Below are positions 9,787-19,458 of a stretch of 64,000 bases of DNA, one piece after another. A program made the translations under genes and the position numbers. The stretch comes from Gammaproteobacteria bacterium (GTDB lineage: Bacteria; Pseudomonadota; Gammaproteobacteria; UBA4575): assembly GCA_965243395.1 (NCBI GenBank), contig CBDEUS010000002.1, positions 288,001 through 352,000 of the forward strand, given 5' to 3'. Position 1 is the stretch's first letter, and each line of letters starts with the position of its first letter. The notes under the pieces are model-generated. The model searched no databases, was not told the origin of the DNA, and saw nothing but the letters and a program-made list of their open reading frames with translations.

Positions 9787-11229
9787 TTGGTAAAAATAAT
9801 GGAAAAAATAAACACTCAGTCTCTACTTATACTTATAACGCTCACTGTATTTTCTATAACCACTTCTAATGCCAGCGCTGTTTCACTCGAAAGAATAGCC
9901 ATATTTAAACCTCAAAGCAGTTGCTATTCACCTGAAATCATCAGCATTCAAGAAATTACCCAACGCATGGTTCTATCATGTAGTACAGAAAGTATTGTTG
10001 AGATTATTTCCATTGAAATTCCAGCCCAACTAAAATCTCTCAATCACTTTAAAGTATCAAGTAATGAAGAAATCAGTGCAGTGTCTTTTCATCCAACCGA
10101 AAATGTATTTGCAGTGGCTGTATTAAATAATGATCCTTTTAGCACGGGTAAGATACAAATCCATAATGCAAGTAGTGGCGAACTATTGAATACGTATGAT
10201 GCTGGCGTACATCCTGATGGTTTGGAATTTAGTCCTAATGGAAAATATTTAGTCGTAGCCAACGAAGGAGAGGCATATCACTACAATGGTAAAGAATATG
10301 AATCACCCGAAGGCAGTGTGACACTGGTAGATTTTTCAGTTCCTGCTAATGCAAAAGCTATACAAATTAACCTTCCTGACCTAAGTGAAGTTGAAGGCAT
10401 GATGCATAAAAAACACGAGCGTAAATTTGAAAGAGTAGTGACAGGCGGAAATAGTTATGAAGAAATTAAAATTGCAATTAAAGATAACACCCCTGCAAAT
10501 ACCGAACCAGAATTTGTAACCTTTTCTCCTGATAGCGCTAAAGCTTATGTTTCTTTGCAAGAAAATAACGGCGTTCTTGTAATCGATACTGCCCAGGCAA
10601 CAATCGAAAGTGTTTTTGGCTTAGGAACCACTACCCATTTAGCGGACATCAAGGACAATGAAAAAGTGAACTTTGACAAAGAGATTACGGCGCTTCGTGA
10701 GCCTGACGGTATCAACATTAGTCCAGATGGAAGATATTTATTAACAGCAGACGAAGGAGATACAGACCCTAAAGCTTCTAAAACACTTGGCAATAAACCT
10801 AAAGGCGGAGGTCGCACGCTAAGTGTATTTGATGCACTTAATGGAAAATTAATCGCGGATACCGGTAATCAATTAGATGAAATGGCTCACGCTGAAGGTT
10901 TATATCCAGATGATCGCAGTGATAATAAAGGTTCTGAGCCTGAAAATGTAATTAGTTTTACAATTAATAATACTCTCTATGCTGCAGTGGGCTTGGAACG
11001 TGCTGACGCCATTGCACTCGTTTCTCTTGAAGAGCCCTCACAACCAAAAGTGATAACTGTAGAAAGCGTGGATCCAAACGCTGGCAAAGAAAATGTGTTT
11101 GCGCCCGAAGGTCTAGTCTATTACGAAACTGATGGGAAACATTATATTTACAGCGCCAATGAGAAAAGTGGCACTATGACCGTGATGGAAATTAAACTAG
11201 ATAAAGAACATTTAGCATCGTCGAATTAA
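9787..11229 (+). CDS. Secreted choice-of-anchor I family beta-propeller protein (alkaline-phosphatase-associated); start may be ATG 9799
   Basis: Signal peptide; VVANEGE, EPEFV, VSLQENN, RSDNKGSEPE, VGLERA, APEGL motifs. Confidence 0.8.
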   Translation: MVKIMEKINTQSLLILITLTVFSITTSNASAVSLERIAIFKPQSSCYSPEIISIQEITQRMVLSCSTESIVEIISIEIPAQLKSLNHFKVSSNEEISAVSFHPTENVFAVAVLNNDPFSTGKIQIHNASSGELLNTYDAGVHPDGLEFSPNGKYLVVANEGEAYHYNGKEYESPEGSVTLVDFSVPANAKAIQINLPDLSEVEGMMHKKHERKFERVVTGGNSYEEIKIAIKDNTPANTEPEFVTFSPDSAKAYVSLQENNGVLVIDTAQATIESVFGLGTTTHLADIKDNEKVNFDKEITALREPDGINISPDGRYLLTADEGDTDPKASKTLGNKPKGGGRTLSVFDALNGKLIADTGNQLDEMAHAEGLYPDDRSDNKGSEPENVISFTINNTLYAAVGLERADAIALVSLEEPSQPKVITVESVDPNAGKENVFAPEGLVYYETDGKHYIYSANEKSGTMTVMEIKLDKEHLASSN

Positions 11230-11232
11230 TTG

Positions 11233-11703
11233 TTATTGCAATTCCACTTGGAAAACTTTCTCTAACAATTTCTGGTTTTCAAAATATACATAAAAGCGAT
11301 ATTCGCCTGGCACTAATTCATACTGTTGGGCGAATTCAAAAGCCATGGTATGTCGATAGTCTAATTTTGACTCTTCTTGCAGTATTTCAATTTTATCGAT
11401 GTATTCGCCCGTTGCCGGATTGATCATAGTTGGTACATGATATATTAAATGCAATGTGGGCTCGCCCAAAAAACCCGCACGTGACAACCAATAACGTATG
11501 CCAAATTTTGTACCTAATTTAGCTTTAATATGAGTTGTCTTTTCTAACTCACCTCCGCTTGACACAGCCCTATCACCTTCTTCATAGTTCTCTGCACCAT
11601 GTGAGAATATTCCATATTCAAAATCATATATTGTACGCTTTTCATTTGCATGAACAGAGTTTAAAAAAAGACTAAATAACAATAGAGAAATTACAGCTTT
11701 CAC
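11233..11703 (-). CDS. Exported DUF3859-like protein
   Basis: Signal peptide; IKAKLGTKFGIRY and ELVPGEYRF...LLEKVF patterns. Confidence 0.7.
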   Translation of the reverse strand: MKAVISLLLFSLFLNSVHANEKRTIYDFEYGIFSHGAENYEEGDRAVSSGGELEKTTHIKAKLGTKFGIRYWLSRAGFLGEPTLHLIYHVPTMINPATGEYIDKIEILQEESKLDYRHTMAFEFAQQYELVPGEYRFYVYFENQKLLEKVFQVELQ

Positions 11704-11801
11704 TAATACCCTTCCTTGTAATTTTATATTTTATATTAAATAAATTTTAACATAGCTGTGAACGCATTCATGTACTTTAAGTTTTAAAATATTAAGAACA
11801 T

Positions 11802-12173
11802 ATGGCAAACCAAGAACATAAAGGCTTTAGACGCATTTATAATGCATTTTTTTATTCTCTCGATGGTTTCAAAGCTGCTTGGGAAAATGAAGCAGCTTTT
11901 CGACAAGAATTATTTTTAGCTTTAGTTCTAATACCTGCCGCTTTTTGGGTTGGCGAAGGTGCTCAACAAATTAGTCTCTTAATATTTACAGTGTTAATTG
12001 TATTAATTACAGAATTACTCAACACAGGAGTTGAAGCCGCTATAGACCGAATCAGTGGTGAGAAACATGAGCTATCGAAACGTGCTAAAGATATTGGTTC
12101 CGCCGCAGTGTTTGTAAGCTTAACAGCACTAGCAATAGTATGGGGGTTTGCTGTGTATGAAAAATTCTTTTAG
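11802..12173 (+). CDS. dgkA: Diacylglycerol kinase
   Basis: EAAFRQE, ELLNTGVEAAID, AKDIGSAAV. Confidence 0.96.
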   Translation: MANQEHKGFRRIYNAFFYSLDGFKAAWENEAAFRQELFLALVLIPAAFWVGEGAQQISLLIFTVLIVLITELLNTGVEAAIDRISGEKHELSKRAKDIGSAAVFVSLTALAIVWGFAVYEKFF

Positions 12174-12724
12174 AACAAGTAAGCATGAAGCTGCAAGCTA
12201 AACGCAGCTAATATTGCACCTATTAAACCTCCCACTATCACATCGCTTATATAATGCAGACCGAGAATAAATCTTGAGAGTGCTACCAAACCTGCAAACG
12301 GAAAAACTAGCCACCCAAGTTGGGGGTAATAAAAAAACAACATCAGACTAAAACTAACTGCATGCAATGTATGGCCGGAAGGAAAGCTATATCGATCTAA
12401 AGGACGTGTATTACAAAGGATGTGGTCGTGAGTAATATAAGGACGTTCTCTTACTAAACGTTCTTTTATTGCTTTATAAATTAATACTCCAATCCCACCC
12501 GTAATAAGCATGTGTAAAGCTGGGAGTATGGCTGTTTGCCCAACAATAAATATTGTTGTAGTTATTAAACAGTACCAAAACACTCCGTCACCTAATCGAC
12601 TAATTAGTTTAAAAAATGCATTTACTGACTTGTAGCTACTTGCCCGATTAAAAAAAAGGCAGATGGGTAATTCGAGCTTATCTATGCGCCCGAACCAATC
12701 ATTTGTACGTGAATGAACATCCAT
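12170..12724 (-). CDS. PAP2-family membrane phosphatase
   Basis: KERLVRERP, SFPSGH, SRFILGLHYISDV. Confidence 0.93.
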   Translation of the reverse strand: MDVHSRTNDWFGRIDKLELPICLFFNRASSYKSVNAFFKLISRLGDGVFWYCLITTTIFIVGQTAILPALHMLITGGIGVLIYKAIKERLVRERPYITHDHILCNTRPLDRYSFPSGHTLHAVSFSLMLFFYYPQLGWLVFPFAGLVALSRFILGLHYISDVIVGGLIGAILAAFSLQLHAYLF

Positions 12725-12772
12725 ATTTTCAGCTCGCAGTAGAAAAGAAAGCTTCTATTCAGGCTGAATCGT

Positions 12773-12898
12773 ATGGTTTAAATATGACCAATATATGATG
12801 GGTTTGTTACAACAAAATTAAATTTTAGCCCCCCATAATCAACATGATACCGCTAATCTTTTAATATATTTGTAATAAATGTTGCATAACTATGTAGC
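12773..12898. promoter_or_regulatory. Divergent Pho-box arrays between PAP2 and the PlcP-like gene
   Basis: Minus: TGGTCAT, CCATCAT, TTGTAAC at 12784/12795/12806; plus: TTTTAAT, TTGTAAT, GTTGCAT, ATGTAGC at 12859/12870/12881/12892; both 11-bp periodic. Confidence 0.65.
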
Positions 12899-12949
12899 AA
12901 TATTTGCTCAATATTCGCACTTAAGGAAGTCAAATTATTGAGCCTTTAA

Positions 12950-13768
12950 TTGGACAACATTTCATCTATTCATCCGTATTCTGTTCGCAGTATTTGGATA
13001 TCTGACACACATTTAGGATTTCGTGGCTGCCAAGCCGAACTATTGTTGAATTTTTTGCATTCCGTTCAAAGTGAAAACTTATTCTTAGTAGGTGACATTA
13101 TCGATTGCTGGAGCCTTAAACGAAACTTTTATTGGCCACAATTACATAACAACGTTCTAAGAACTATTTTAGGTAAAGCAAAACATGGTACGAAAGTAAT
13201 CTATGTGCCAGGTAATCATGATGAACTATTTAGAGAACATTGCGGTAACGTGTTTGGCAATGTCGAAATTCATCGTGAATATATCCACACCACTGCAAAT
13301 GGTCGACGTTTATTAATACTTCATGGAGACGAATTCGATAATATTGTTAGGCATAGTCGCTTTTTTGCAAGAATTGGTAGTCATGCATATGCTTTGTTAC
13401 TGCATTTAAATGTATATGTTCATTATTTTCGAAGATTATTTAATTTCCCTTATTGGTCTTTAGCTGCTCATCTTAAGCATAAAGTAAAGAATGCCGTGAA
13501 CTATATTAGTAATTTTGAAACAGCCATCACAACGGTGGCAGAAAATAAAAAAGTTAACGGTGTAGTATGTGGACATATACATCATGCACAAATTTCAGAA
13601 ATTAATGGCGTGCTGTATTGCAATGACGGGGACTGGGTGGAAAGCTGTACGGCATTAATCGAAACTCATGATGGTGAGTTACATTTAATTCGCTGGACGG
13701 AAAAACAAGATAATTCTGGTAACATACAAATTAATCTAGACGAAAAAATTACTAAAAAGGCCGCATGA
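12950..13768 (+). CDS. PlcP-like phospholipase C / LpxH-like metallophosphoesterase
   Basis: ISDTHLG, VGDIID, PGNHDE, HGD, CGHIH, NDGDWVES; upstream of a GT4 gene. Confidence 0.88.
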   Translation: MDNISSIHPYSVRSIWISDTHLGFRGCQAELLLNFLHSVQSENLFLVGDIIDCWSLKRNFYWPQLHNNVLRTILGKAKHGTKVIYVPGNHDELFREHCGNVFGNVEIHREYIHTTANGRRLLILHGDEFDNIVRHSRFFARIGSHAYALLLHLNVYVHYFRRLFNFPYWSLAAHLKHKVKNAVNYISNFETAITTVAENKKVNGVVCGHIHHAQISEINGVLYCNDGDWVESCTALIETHDGELHLIRWTEKQDNSGNIQINLDEKITKKAA

Positions 13769-14769
13769 AAATTGCAATTGTTACCGATGCCTGGGAACCT
13801 CAGGTAAATGGTGTGGTAACAACTTTAAAAACGACTCAACAAACATTAAACTCATTGGGAAATACTGTAGAAGTATTTACACCCAATAGTTTCAAGTCGA
13901 TTCCCTGTCCAACGTATCCAGAAATTAGACTGGCATTAAACCCAAAATCACGTTTAAGAAAATCTCTTGCTGTATTTAAACCTGATGCAATACATATCGC
14001 AACGGAAGGACCGATGGGGTTGGCTGCACGTTCAATTTGCAAAAAAAATAAGTGGGCTTTTACCACTTCTTACCATACTCAATTCCCTGAATACATACGT
14101 GAACGTTTTCCGATTCCACTAAATGCTTCTTATGCATTTTTTCGTTGGTTCCACTCCGGGGCAGTCCGCACCATGGTTGGTACACAGCGTCAAGAGGATT
14201 TATTAATCTCACATGGTTTTAAAAATTTAGTCAGATGGCCCCGTGGTGTAAATACAGATATTTTTACCCCCGGGGATAAAAACTTCCTTACGGACCCAAG
14301 ACCTATTTTCATCTATGTTGGACGTGTTGCAGTAGAAAAAAATATCGAAGCATTTCTAGAATTAGAGATAACAGGCACTAAATATGTAGTTGGAGAAGGT
14401 CCAGCACATGACGAACTAAAAAATAAATTTCCCGAGATTAAATTTGTTGGCTATAAGTATGGCAAGGAACTCGCTAAATATATTGCTGCATCCGATGTAT
14501 TCGTCTTTCCCAGCAAGACAGACACTTTTGGAATCGTGATGTTAGAAGCCATGGCTTGTGGAGTACCCGTTGCAGCCTATCCGGTTACCGGCCCTATAGA
14601 TGTTGTTCGTGAAAATGAAACAGGCTGTTTAAATCAAGATTTAGCACAAGCGGTAAAATGTGCACTAAATCTCGACCCACGAGACTGCCTCCAACAAGCT
14701 TCTGATTACACTTGGGAAAAGGCTTCAATGATGTTCCAATCGAACTTAGCTTCTAAAATAAAAACCTAA
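13765..14769 (+). CDS. GT4 glycosyltransferase, Agt-like glycolipid synthase
   Basis: TDAWEPQVNGVV, HIATEGP, GRVAVEKN, DTFGIVMLEAMACG; ATGA overlap with the previous gene. Confidence 0.9.
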   Translation: MKIAIVTDAWEPQVNGVVTTLKTTQQTLNSLGNTVEVFTPNSFKSIPCPTYPEIRLALNPKSRLRKSLAVFKPDAIHIATEGPMGLAARSICKKNKWAFTTSYHTQFPEYIRERFPIPLNASYAFFRWFHSGAVRTMVGTQRQEDLLISHGFKNLVRWPRGVNTDIFTPGDKNFLTDPRPIFIYVGRVAVEKNIEAFLELEITGTKYVVGEGPAHDELKNKFPEIKFVGYKYGKELAKYIAASDVFVFPSKTDTFGIVMLEAMACGVPVAAYPVTGPIDVVRENETGCLNQDLAQAVKCALNLDPRDCLQQASDYTWEKASMMFQSNLASKIKT

Positions 14770-14886
14770 AACATATCTGGAATCATCAACTTAGCAATTT
14801 TTACTGGCCGTTTAGCAAAACTGTAATATTTATTAAGCCCTTGTTTCGCATATACTATTAGCTACATAACGCTAGATAATAATTAT

Positions 14887-16965
14887 ATGGATGACCGTAA
14901 CTTCAGTCTTGCTGAGTATTACATCAATCGCGAACTCAGCTTACTAAAATTTAATTCTCGTGTACTCGAACAAGCACGTGATCGTTCGACACCTTTACTG
15001 GAAAGATTGAAGTTTCTTTGCATTTCATGCACAAATTTAGATGAATTTTTTGAAATACGAGTAGGTGGAATTAAGCAGCATATTGAATTAGATATTGCAC
15101 ATATTACTGCCGATCAAATTGGTCCTAGAGAACTACTCAAACAAATTCATAACGAAGCTTCTTCATTAGTTACCGAACAGTATCGTGTGTTTAATGAAGA
15201 AATTCAGCCAGAATTAGAAGCACAAAATATTCATTTTGTGGCACGTGAACAATGGAACCATGAACAAAGTGCCTGGTTGCGCCAATATTTTATTGATGAA
15301 GTAGAACCTGTACTCAGTCCACTCGGTTTGGACCCGGCTCATCCTTTTCCAAGAATAATAAATAAGTCTCTTAATTTTATTGTGCAACTTGATGGTGAAG
15401 ACGCATTTGGACGCGAAGGTGAATATGCCATTGTCCAAGCGCCTCGTTCTCTACCTCGATTAATTCGTCTACCGGACGATTTGAATAATGCACAAGGTGA
15501 AAGTTTTGTATTTCTATCTTCCGTACTGCATGCATATGTACATGAATTATTTGAAGGTCTTTCTGTTCGTGGTTGTTATCAATTCAGACTGACACGAAAT
15601 AGTGATTTATTTTTAGATGATGAAGAAATTGATGACTTGATGCGTGCTTTGGAAGGTGAGCTTGCATCTCGCCGTTATGGTGATTCTGTACGTTTGGAAG
15701 TAGCCAATAATTGTCCTGAAGAATTAGTTTCTTATTTACTGCAACAATTTAAATTGTCCGCTGTAGACTTGTATCGTGTAAATGGTCCCGTAAATTTGAA
15801 TCGTCTTAGTCAGACATATGATCAGGTCGATCGACCTGATTTGAAATATCCACCATTTAGTGCTGGCCTACCAGAAAACTTTAGTCACAACACAAATATT
15901 TTTAATTTAATTAAGCAGAGTGATATTTTATTACATCACCCTTATCAATCTTTTGCTCCTGTTATTGATTTTGTACGTCAAGCCGCTGCTGACCCCAAAG
16001 TGTTAGCAATTAAACAAACCCTTTATCGAACTGGTCCAAACTCACCTATAGTGGATAACTTAGTGGAAGCTGCTAAAGCAGGGAAAGAAGTAACGGTTGT
16101 GATCGAATTAATGGCGCGCTTTGATGAAGCTGCGAATATCTCATTAGCAAACCGTTTGCAAAAAGCCGGTGCACATGTTGTATATGGCATAGTTGGCAAA
16201 AAAACGCATGGCAAAATGATTTTAGTCGTGCGACGCGAAGAAAATCATCTTTGTCGTTATGCACACTTCGGTACAGGCAACTATCATGAAAAAACCACTA
16301 AGTTGTATACAGACTATGGAATGTTTACCTGCGATCCTGCACTTACATCGGATGCACATGAAGTATTTATGGCGCTTACCAGCTTTACTAAAGCACCTGT
16401 TTTAAAAGAAACTCTGCAAGCACCTTTTACTTTGTATAACACACTAATTGAATTGATTGAAAAAGAAATAGAGTTTGCGCGTCAAGACAAACCGGCACGC
16501 ATCATTGCGAAAGTCAATGCATTAGTTGAACCACAAATAATTAAAGCTTTATATCGCGCGTCAGCAGAAGGTGTGAAAATTCATCTTATCGTCAGAGGTA
16601 CCTGTTGTTTACGCCCTGGCATTCTCGGTGTATCTGAAAACATAGAGGTGCGCTCTATTGTTGGACGTTTTCTGGAACATACACGAGTTTGTTATTTTCA
16701 TAATGATGGTAATCCAAAAGTTTTTTGTGGCAGTGCAGACTGGATGGATCGTAACTTTTTTAGACGCGTAGAAGTTGCTTGGCCGATCAAAGACCCTATT
16801 ATTCGCAAACGAATTATTGAAGAACTAGAAATATATTTGAGCGATAACCAACAAGCTTGGATTCTTCAACCGGATGGTAGTTACTTGCAACCCATAACGT
16901 ACGGGCAAAATATTAGCAATGCACAACAAACTTTATTAAACAAACACGCTAGAACCAAATTTTAA
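14887..16965 (+). CDS. ppk1: Polyphosphate kinase 1
   Basis: NRELSLL, NLDEFFEIR, LLHHPYQSF, ARFDE, SIVGRFLEH, SADWMDRN. Confidence 0.98.
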   Translation: MDDRNFSLAEYYINRELSLLKFNSRVLEQARDRSTPLLERLKFLCISCTNLDEFFEIRVGGIKQHIELDIAHITADQIGPRELLKQIHNEASSLVTEQYRVFNEEIQPELEAQNIHFVAREQWNHEQSAWLRQYFIDEVEPVLSPLGLDPAHPFPRIINKSLNFIVQLDGEDAFGREGEYAIVQAPRSLPRLIRLPDDLNNAQGESFVFLSSVLHAYVHELFEGLSVRGCYQFRLTRNSDLFLDDEEIDDLMRALEGELASRRYGDSVRLEVANNCPEELVSYLLQQFKLSAVDLYRVNGPVNLNRLSQTYDQVDRPDLKYPPFSAGLPENFSHNTNIFNLIKQSDILLHHPYQSFAPVIDFVRQAAADPKVLAIKQTLYRTGPNSPIVDNLVEAAKAGKEVTVVIELMARFDEAANISLANRLQKAGAHVVYGIVGKKTHGKMILVVRREENHLCRYAHFGTGNYHEKTTKLYTDYGMFTCDPALTSDAHEVFMALTSFTKAPVLKETLQAPFTLYNTLIELIEKEIEFARQDKPARIIAKVNALVEPQIIKALYRASAEGVKIHLIVRGTCCLRPGILGVSENIEVRSIVGRFLEHTRVCYFHNDGNPKVFCGSADWMDRNFFRRVEVAWPIKDPIIRKRIIEELEIYLSDNQQAWILQPDGSYLQPITYGQNISNAQQTLLNKHARTKF

Positions 16966-16972
16966 CCTATCG

Positions 16973-18502
16973 TTATAGGTCAACTTTAATACTTAGTGCT
17001 TTTAGATAATTTTCTTCTTGCTCTAATTCAGCTCCCGTTAAGGGATGATCCTCTAACCATCGTTTCTCAATCGTAATTCTTAGCACTCCTTCAACATCTT
17101 TAATTACAACTTTTGGAAGTTTTTTGGGTATACGATCCCGGTTAATTAAAATTGCAACACGCAAAATAACAATCATATACATTGCAAGCTCTTGCCATCG
17201 TGAAGGTAATTTTTCGATGAGCTCTGTATTTATTTTACGTCGATGATTGCCTACTAAACACGCTAATAAGCGTTGCTCATTCCATGAAAAACCCATCAAG
17301 TCGCTATTATCCAACAGGTAAGCTCCATGGCGATGATATTTGGAATGTGAAATATCAAGACCTATTTCATGTAAATCTGCTGCCCAGATTAAAAATTGAT
17401 ATGCGATTTCATTATCAATTTTCCGAACATTTGATACTTTATCTAATAAATGTAGTGCAGTCGTTTTAATCCTTCCAGCATGTTCAAAGTCGACATGATA
17501 GCGACGCATTAACGAATATACTGTTCGATCACGCGCATCTTGATGATGTATTCTCCCTGCCAGATCAAATAGCAAACCTTCTCTCAAACCTCCGTCCGAC
17601 GCTAACATTCTTTTAATTTTTAGTTCTTCAAAAATAGCTTTCAACGCGACTAAGCCTCCCGCAAACACTGGTTTACGTTCTTTCGCTAATGAATCAAAAC
17701 TTACTTTATCTATATGCTCTGCATCTTGCATTTTTGCTATCAATGCATTAATTCCTTTATAAGTTATCCCTTGATCACTTAATTCAAATTCACGCATTAA
17801 TTCCGCAATCGTGCGAATTGTGCCTGCAGTACCCACTACATGTTGCCAACCAAGCTTCTTTACGCTAGAAACAATTGGTTGTAATTGTAATTTTGCCGCG
17901 ACTAATGCTTTTTTAAATTTCTTTTTATCAAGCCCGCCATTGGAAAAATACTTTTCGCTTAAAACGACACATCCAATTTGCACACTTTCCATCAATGAAG
18001 GTTCGCCACGTTGGCCAATAATCACTTCAGTGCTACCGCCACCAATATCTACTATTAACCAATTTTCATCTGGGCCTGTAATAGAATGAATTGTGCCTTG
18101 ATAAATTAAGCGTGCTTCTTCAACACCCGAGATAATTTGTATCGGGTGCCCTAAAGCAGTCTCAGCACGTTGAATAAACTCCGTGCCATTTTTTGCTACA
18201 CGTAAAGTATTGGTGCCCACAACGCGTACAGAATCTGCATGCATTTCTTGCAGGCGTTGACCAAATCTTTGCAAGCATTCTATGCCGCGCTCTTGAGATT
18301 CAATTGATAACTTTCCTGTAGAATTTAAGCCTGCCCCCAGACGCACCATTTCACGAATTCGATCAATAATTTTTAATTGCCCGTGTTGGTCTTGAGCAAC
18401 CACCATATGAAAACTGTTAGAACCTAGATCTACTGCCGCAATGACGGATGAAGGCTCTGACGACAACTCGCCAGGAGAAGAAATAGGAGAAGGGACATCC
18501 AT
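16973..18502 (-). CDS. ppx: Exopolyphosphatase (Ppx/GppA family)
   Basis: AAVDLGSNSFH, DIGGGSTE, GLREG, C-terminal LHEIG HD-like domain; adjacent to ppk1. Confidence 0.95.
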   Translation of the reverse strand: MDVPSPISSPGELSSEPSSVIAAVDLGSNSFHMVVAQDQHGQLKIIDRIREMVRLGAGLNSTGKLSIESQERGIECLQRFGQRLQEMHADSVRVVGTNTLRVAKNGTEFIQRAETALGHPIQIISGVEEARLIYQGTIHSITGPDENWLIVDIGGGSTEVIIGQRGEPSLMESVQIGCVVLSEKYFSNGGLDKKKFKKALVAAKLQLQPIVSSVKKLGWQHVVGTAGTIRTIAELMREFELSDQGITYKGINALIAKMQDAEHIDKVSFDSLAKERKPVFAGGLVALKAIFEELKIKRMLASDGGLREGLLFDLAGRIHHQDARDRTVYSLMRRYHVDFEHAGRIKTTALHLLDKVSNVRKIDNEIAYQFLIWAADLHEIGLDISHSKYHRHGAYLLDNSDLMGFSWNEQRLLACLVGNHRRKINTELIEKLPSRWQELAMYMIVILRVAILINRDRIPKKLPKVVIKDVEGVLRITIEKRWLEDHPLTGAELEQEENYLKALSIKVDL

Positions 18503-18563
18503 ATATAACTACTAGCGTAGCAAATCGAATTTTTTAGTCAAAAATTAATACTGACAGTTTGTA

Positions 18564-19442
18564 TTATTTAGGCGGTAAAAGTGCTCGACCATTGCCATAA
18601 TCAATCACTACACCTTCAGAGGTAATCTCTTCAATTAAAGGCCCATTACTTGCGATGCGATCACCTTCTTTATATTTATTCATATTAATTAAGACAAATC
18701 GCCGCAGTGGGTCATCATCAAATACATGTACGTTCACTTCATATTGATTCAAATTATTGCGTGAACTTTCAGGTAAATCACGCAGCTTGGGAACATTGCT
18801 GAAAGATTTTGTTTGTGTATTAAGTGCGATGGATTCGCCTTCATCAATTAATAATTTTGGCTTATTTACTACCGGGATTGCATCATCAGCACTAAGTTCG
18901 GTTGACGAAAACGAAACATTACCTTTCTTTTCCGCGGAAGAAGTTGTTGAGCTCGCTTGTTGAGGTACTGTTTTATTAGACTTTTCACCATTTTGTTTGG
19001 ATTCATATATCAAGGGACGGTTTATTTCAGCAATTTGTTCATTGCTCATCTGCATTGCAAGCGGGCGAGAGTCTATTGGATCAGTCGATTGATTCGGTAT
19101 CGTCTTGTCTTGTAGATTAGCTTGTTGATTAAAAGTGTCATTAACGGGTTGCTGCGTAACAGGTTGTGATTGAATGGCAGGAGACGAATTGACAACTTCT
19201 TGGTTAATGATGGTCTCCTCTTGCACAGCCGTGTTTATATTCGAGTCATCATTTCCTGTAATTGCACGAATAATTAAAAATAAAATAAGAACATTCGCAA
19301 GTAAGCCCAAAACCACCCATAGCCAAATCGGATTAGGATTATTCTTTTGCGGTTTAACGGGATCGACAAATTTTAAATCTGGCTGCTTTTCAAGTTGACG
19401 CTCGTGTTCTGCGCGCGTCAATGCATCAAGAATCATTGACAT
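18564..19442 (-). CDS. gspB: Type II secretion accessory protein GspB/ExeB
   Basis: MSMILDAL N-terminus, one TM, C-terminal HVF...RFVLIN...EEIT..GV; follows exeA. Confidence 0.88.
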   Translation of the reverse strand: MSMILDALTRAEHERQLEKQPDLKFVDPVKPQKNNPNPIWLWVVLGLLANVLILFLIIRAITGNDDSNINTAVQEETIINQEVVNSSPAIQSQPVTQQPVNDTFNQQANLQDKTIPNQSTDPIDSRPLAMQMSNEQIAEINRPLIYESKQNGEKSNKTVPQQASSTTSSAEKKGNVSFSSTELSADDAIPVVNKPKLLIDEGESIALNTQTKSFSNVPKLRDLPESSRNNLNQYEVNVHVFDDDPLRRFVLINMNKYKEGDRIASNGPLIEEITSEGVVIDYGNGRALLPPK

Positions 19443-19458
19443 AATTACTACCTATGAT

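Noticed and set aside
11735-11775. Possible Pho box upstream of dgkA
   Set aside because: Half-site matches are weak and the 11-bp periodicity does not hold
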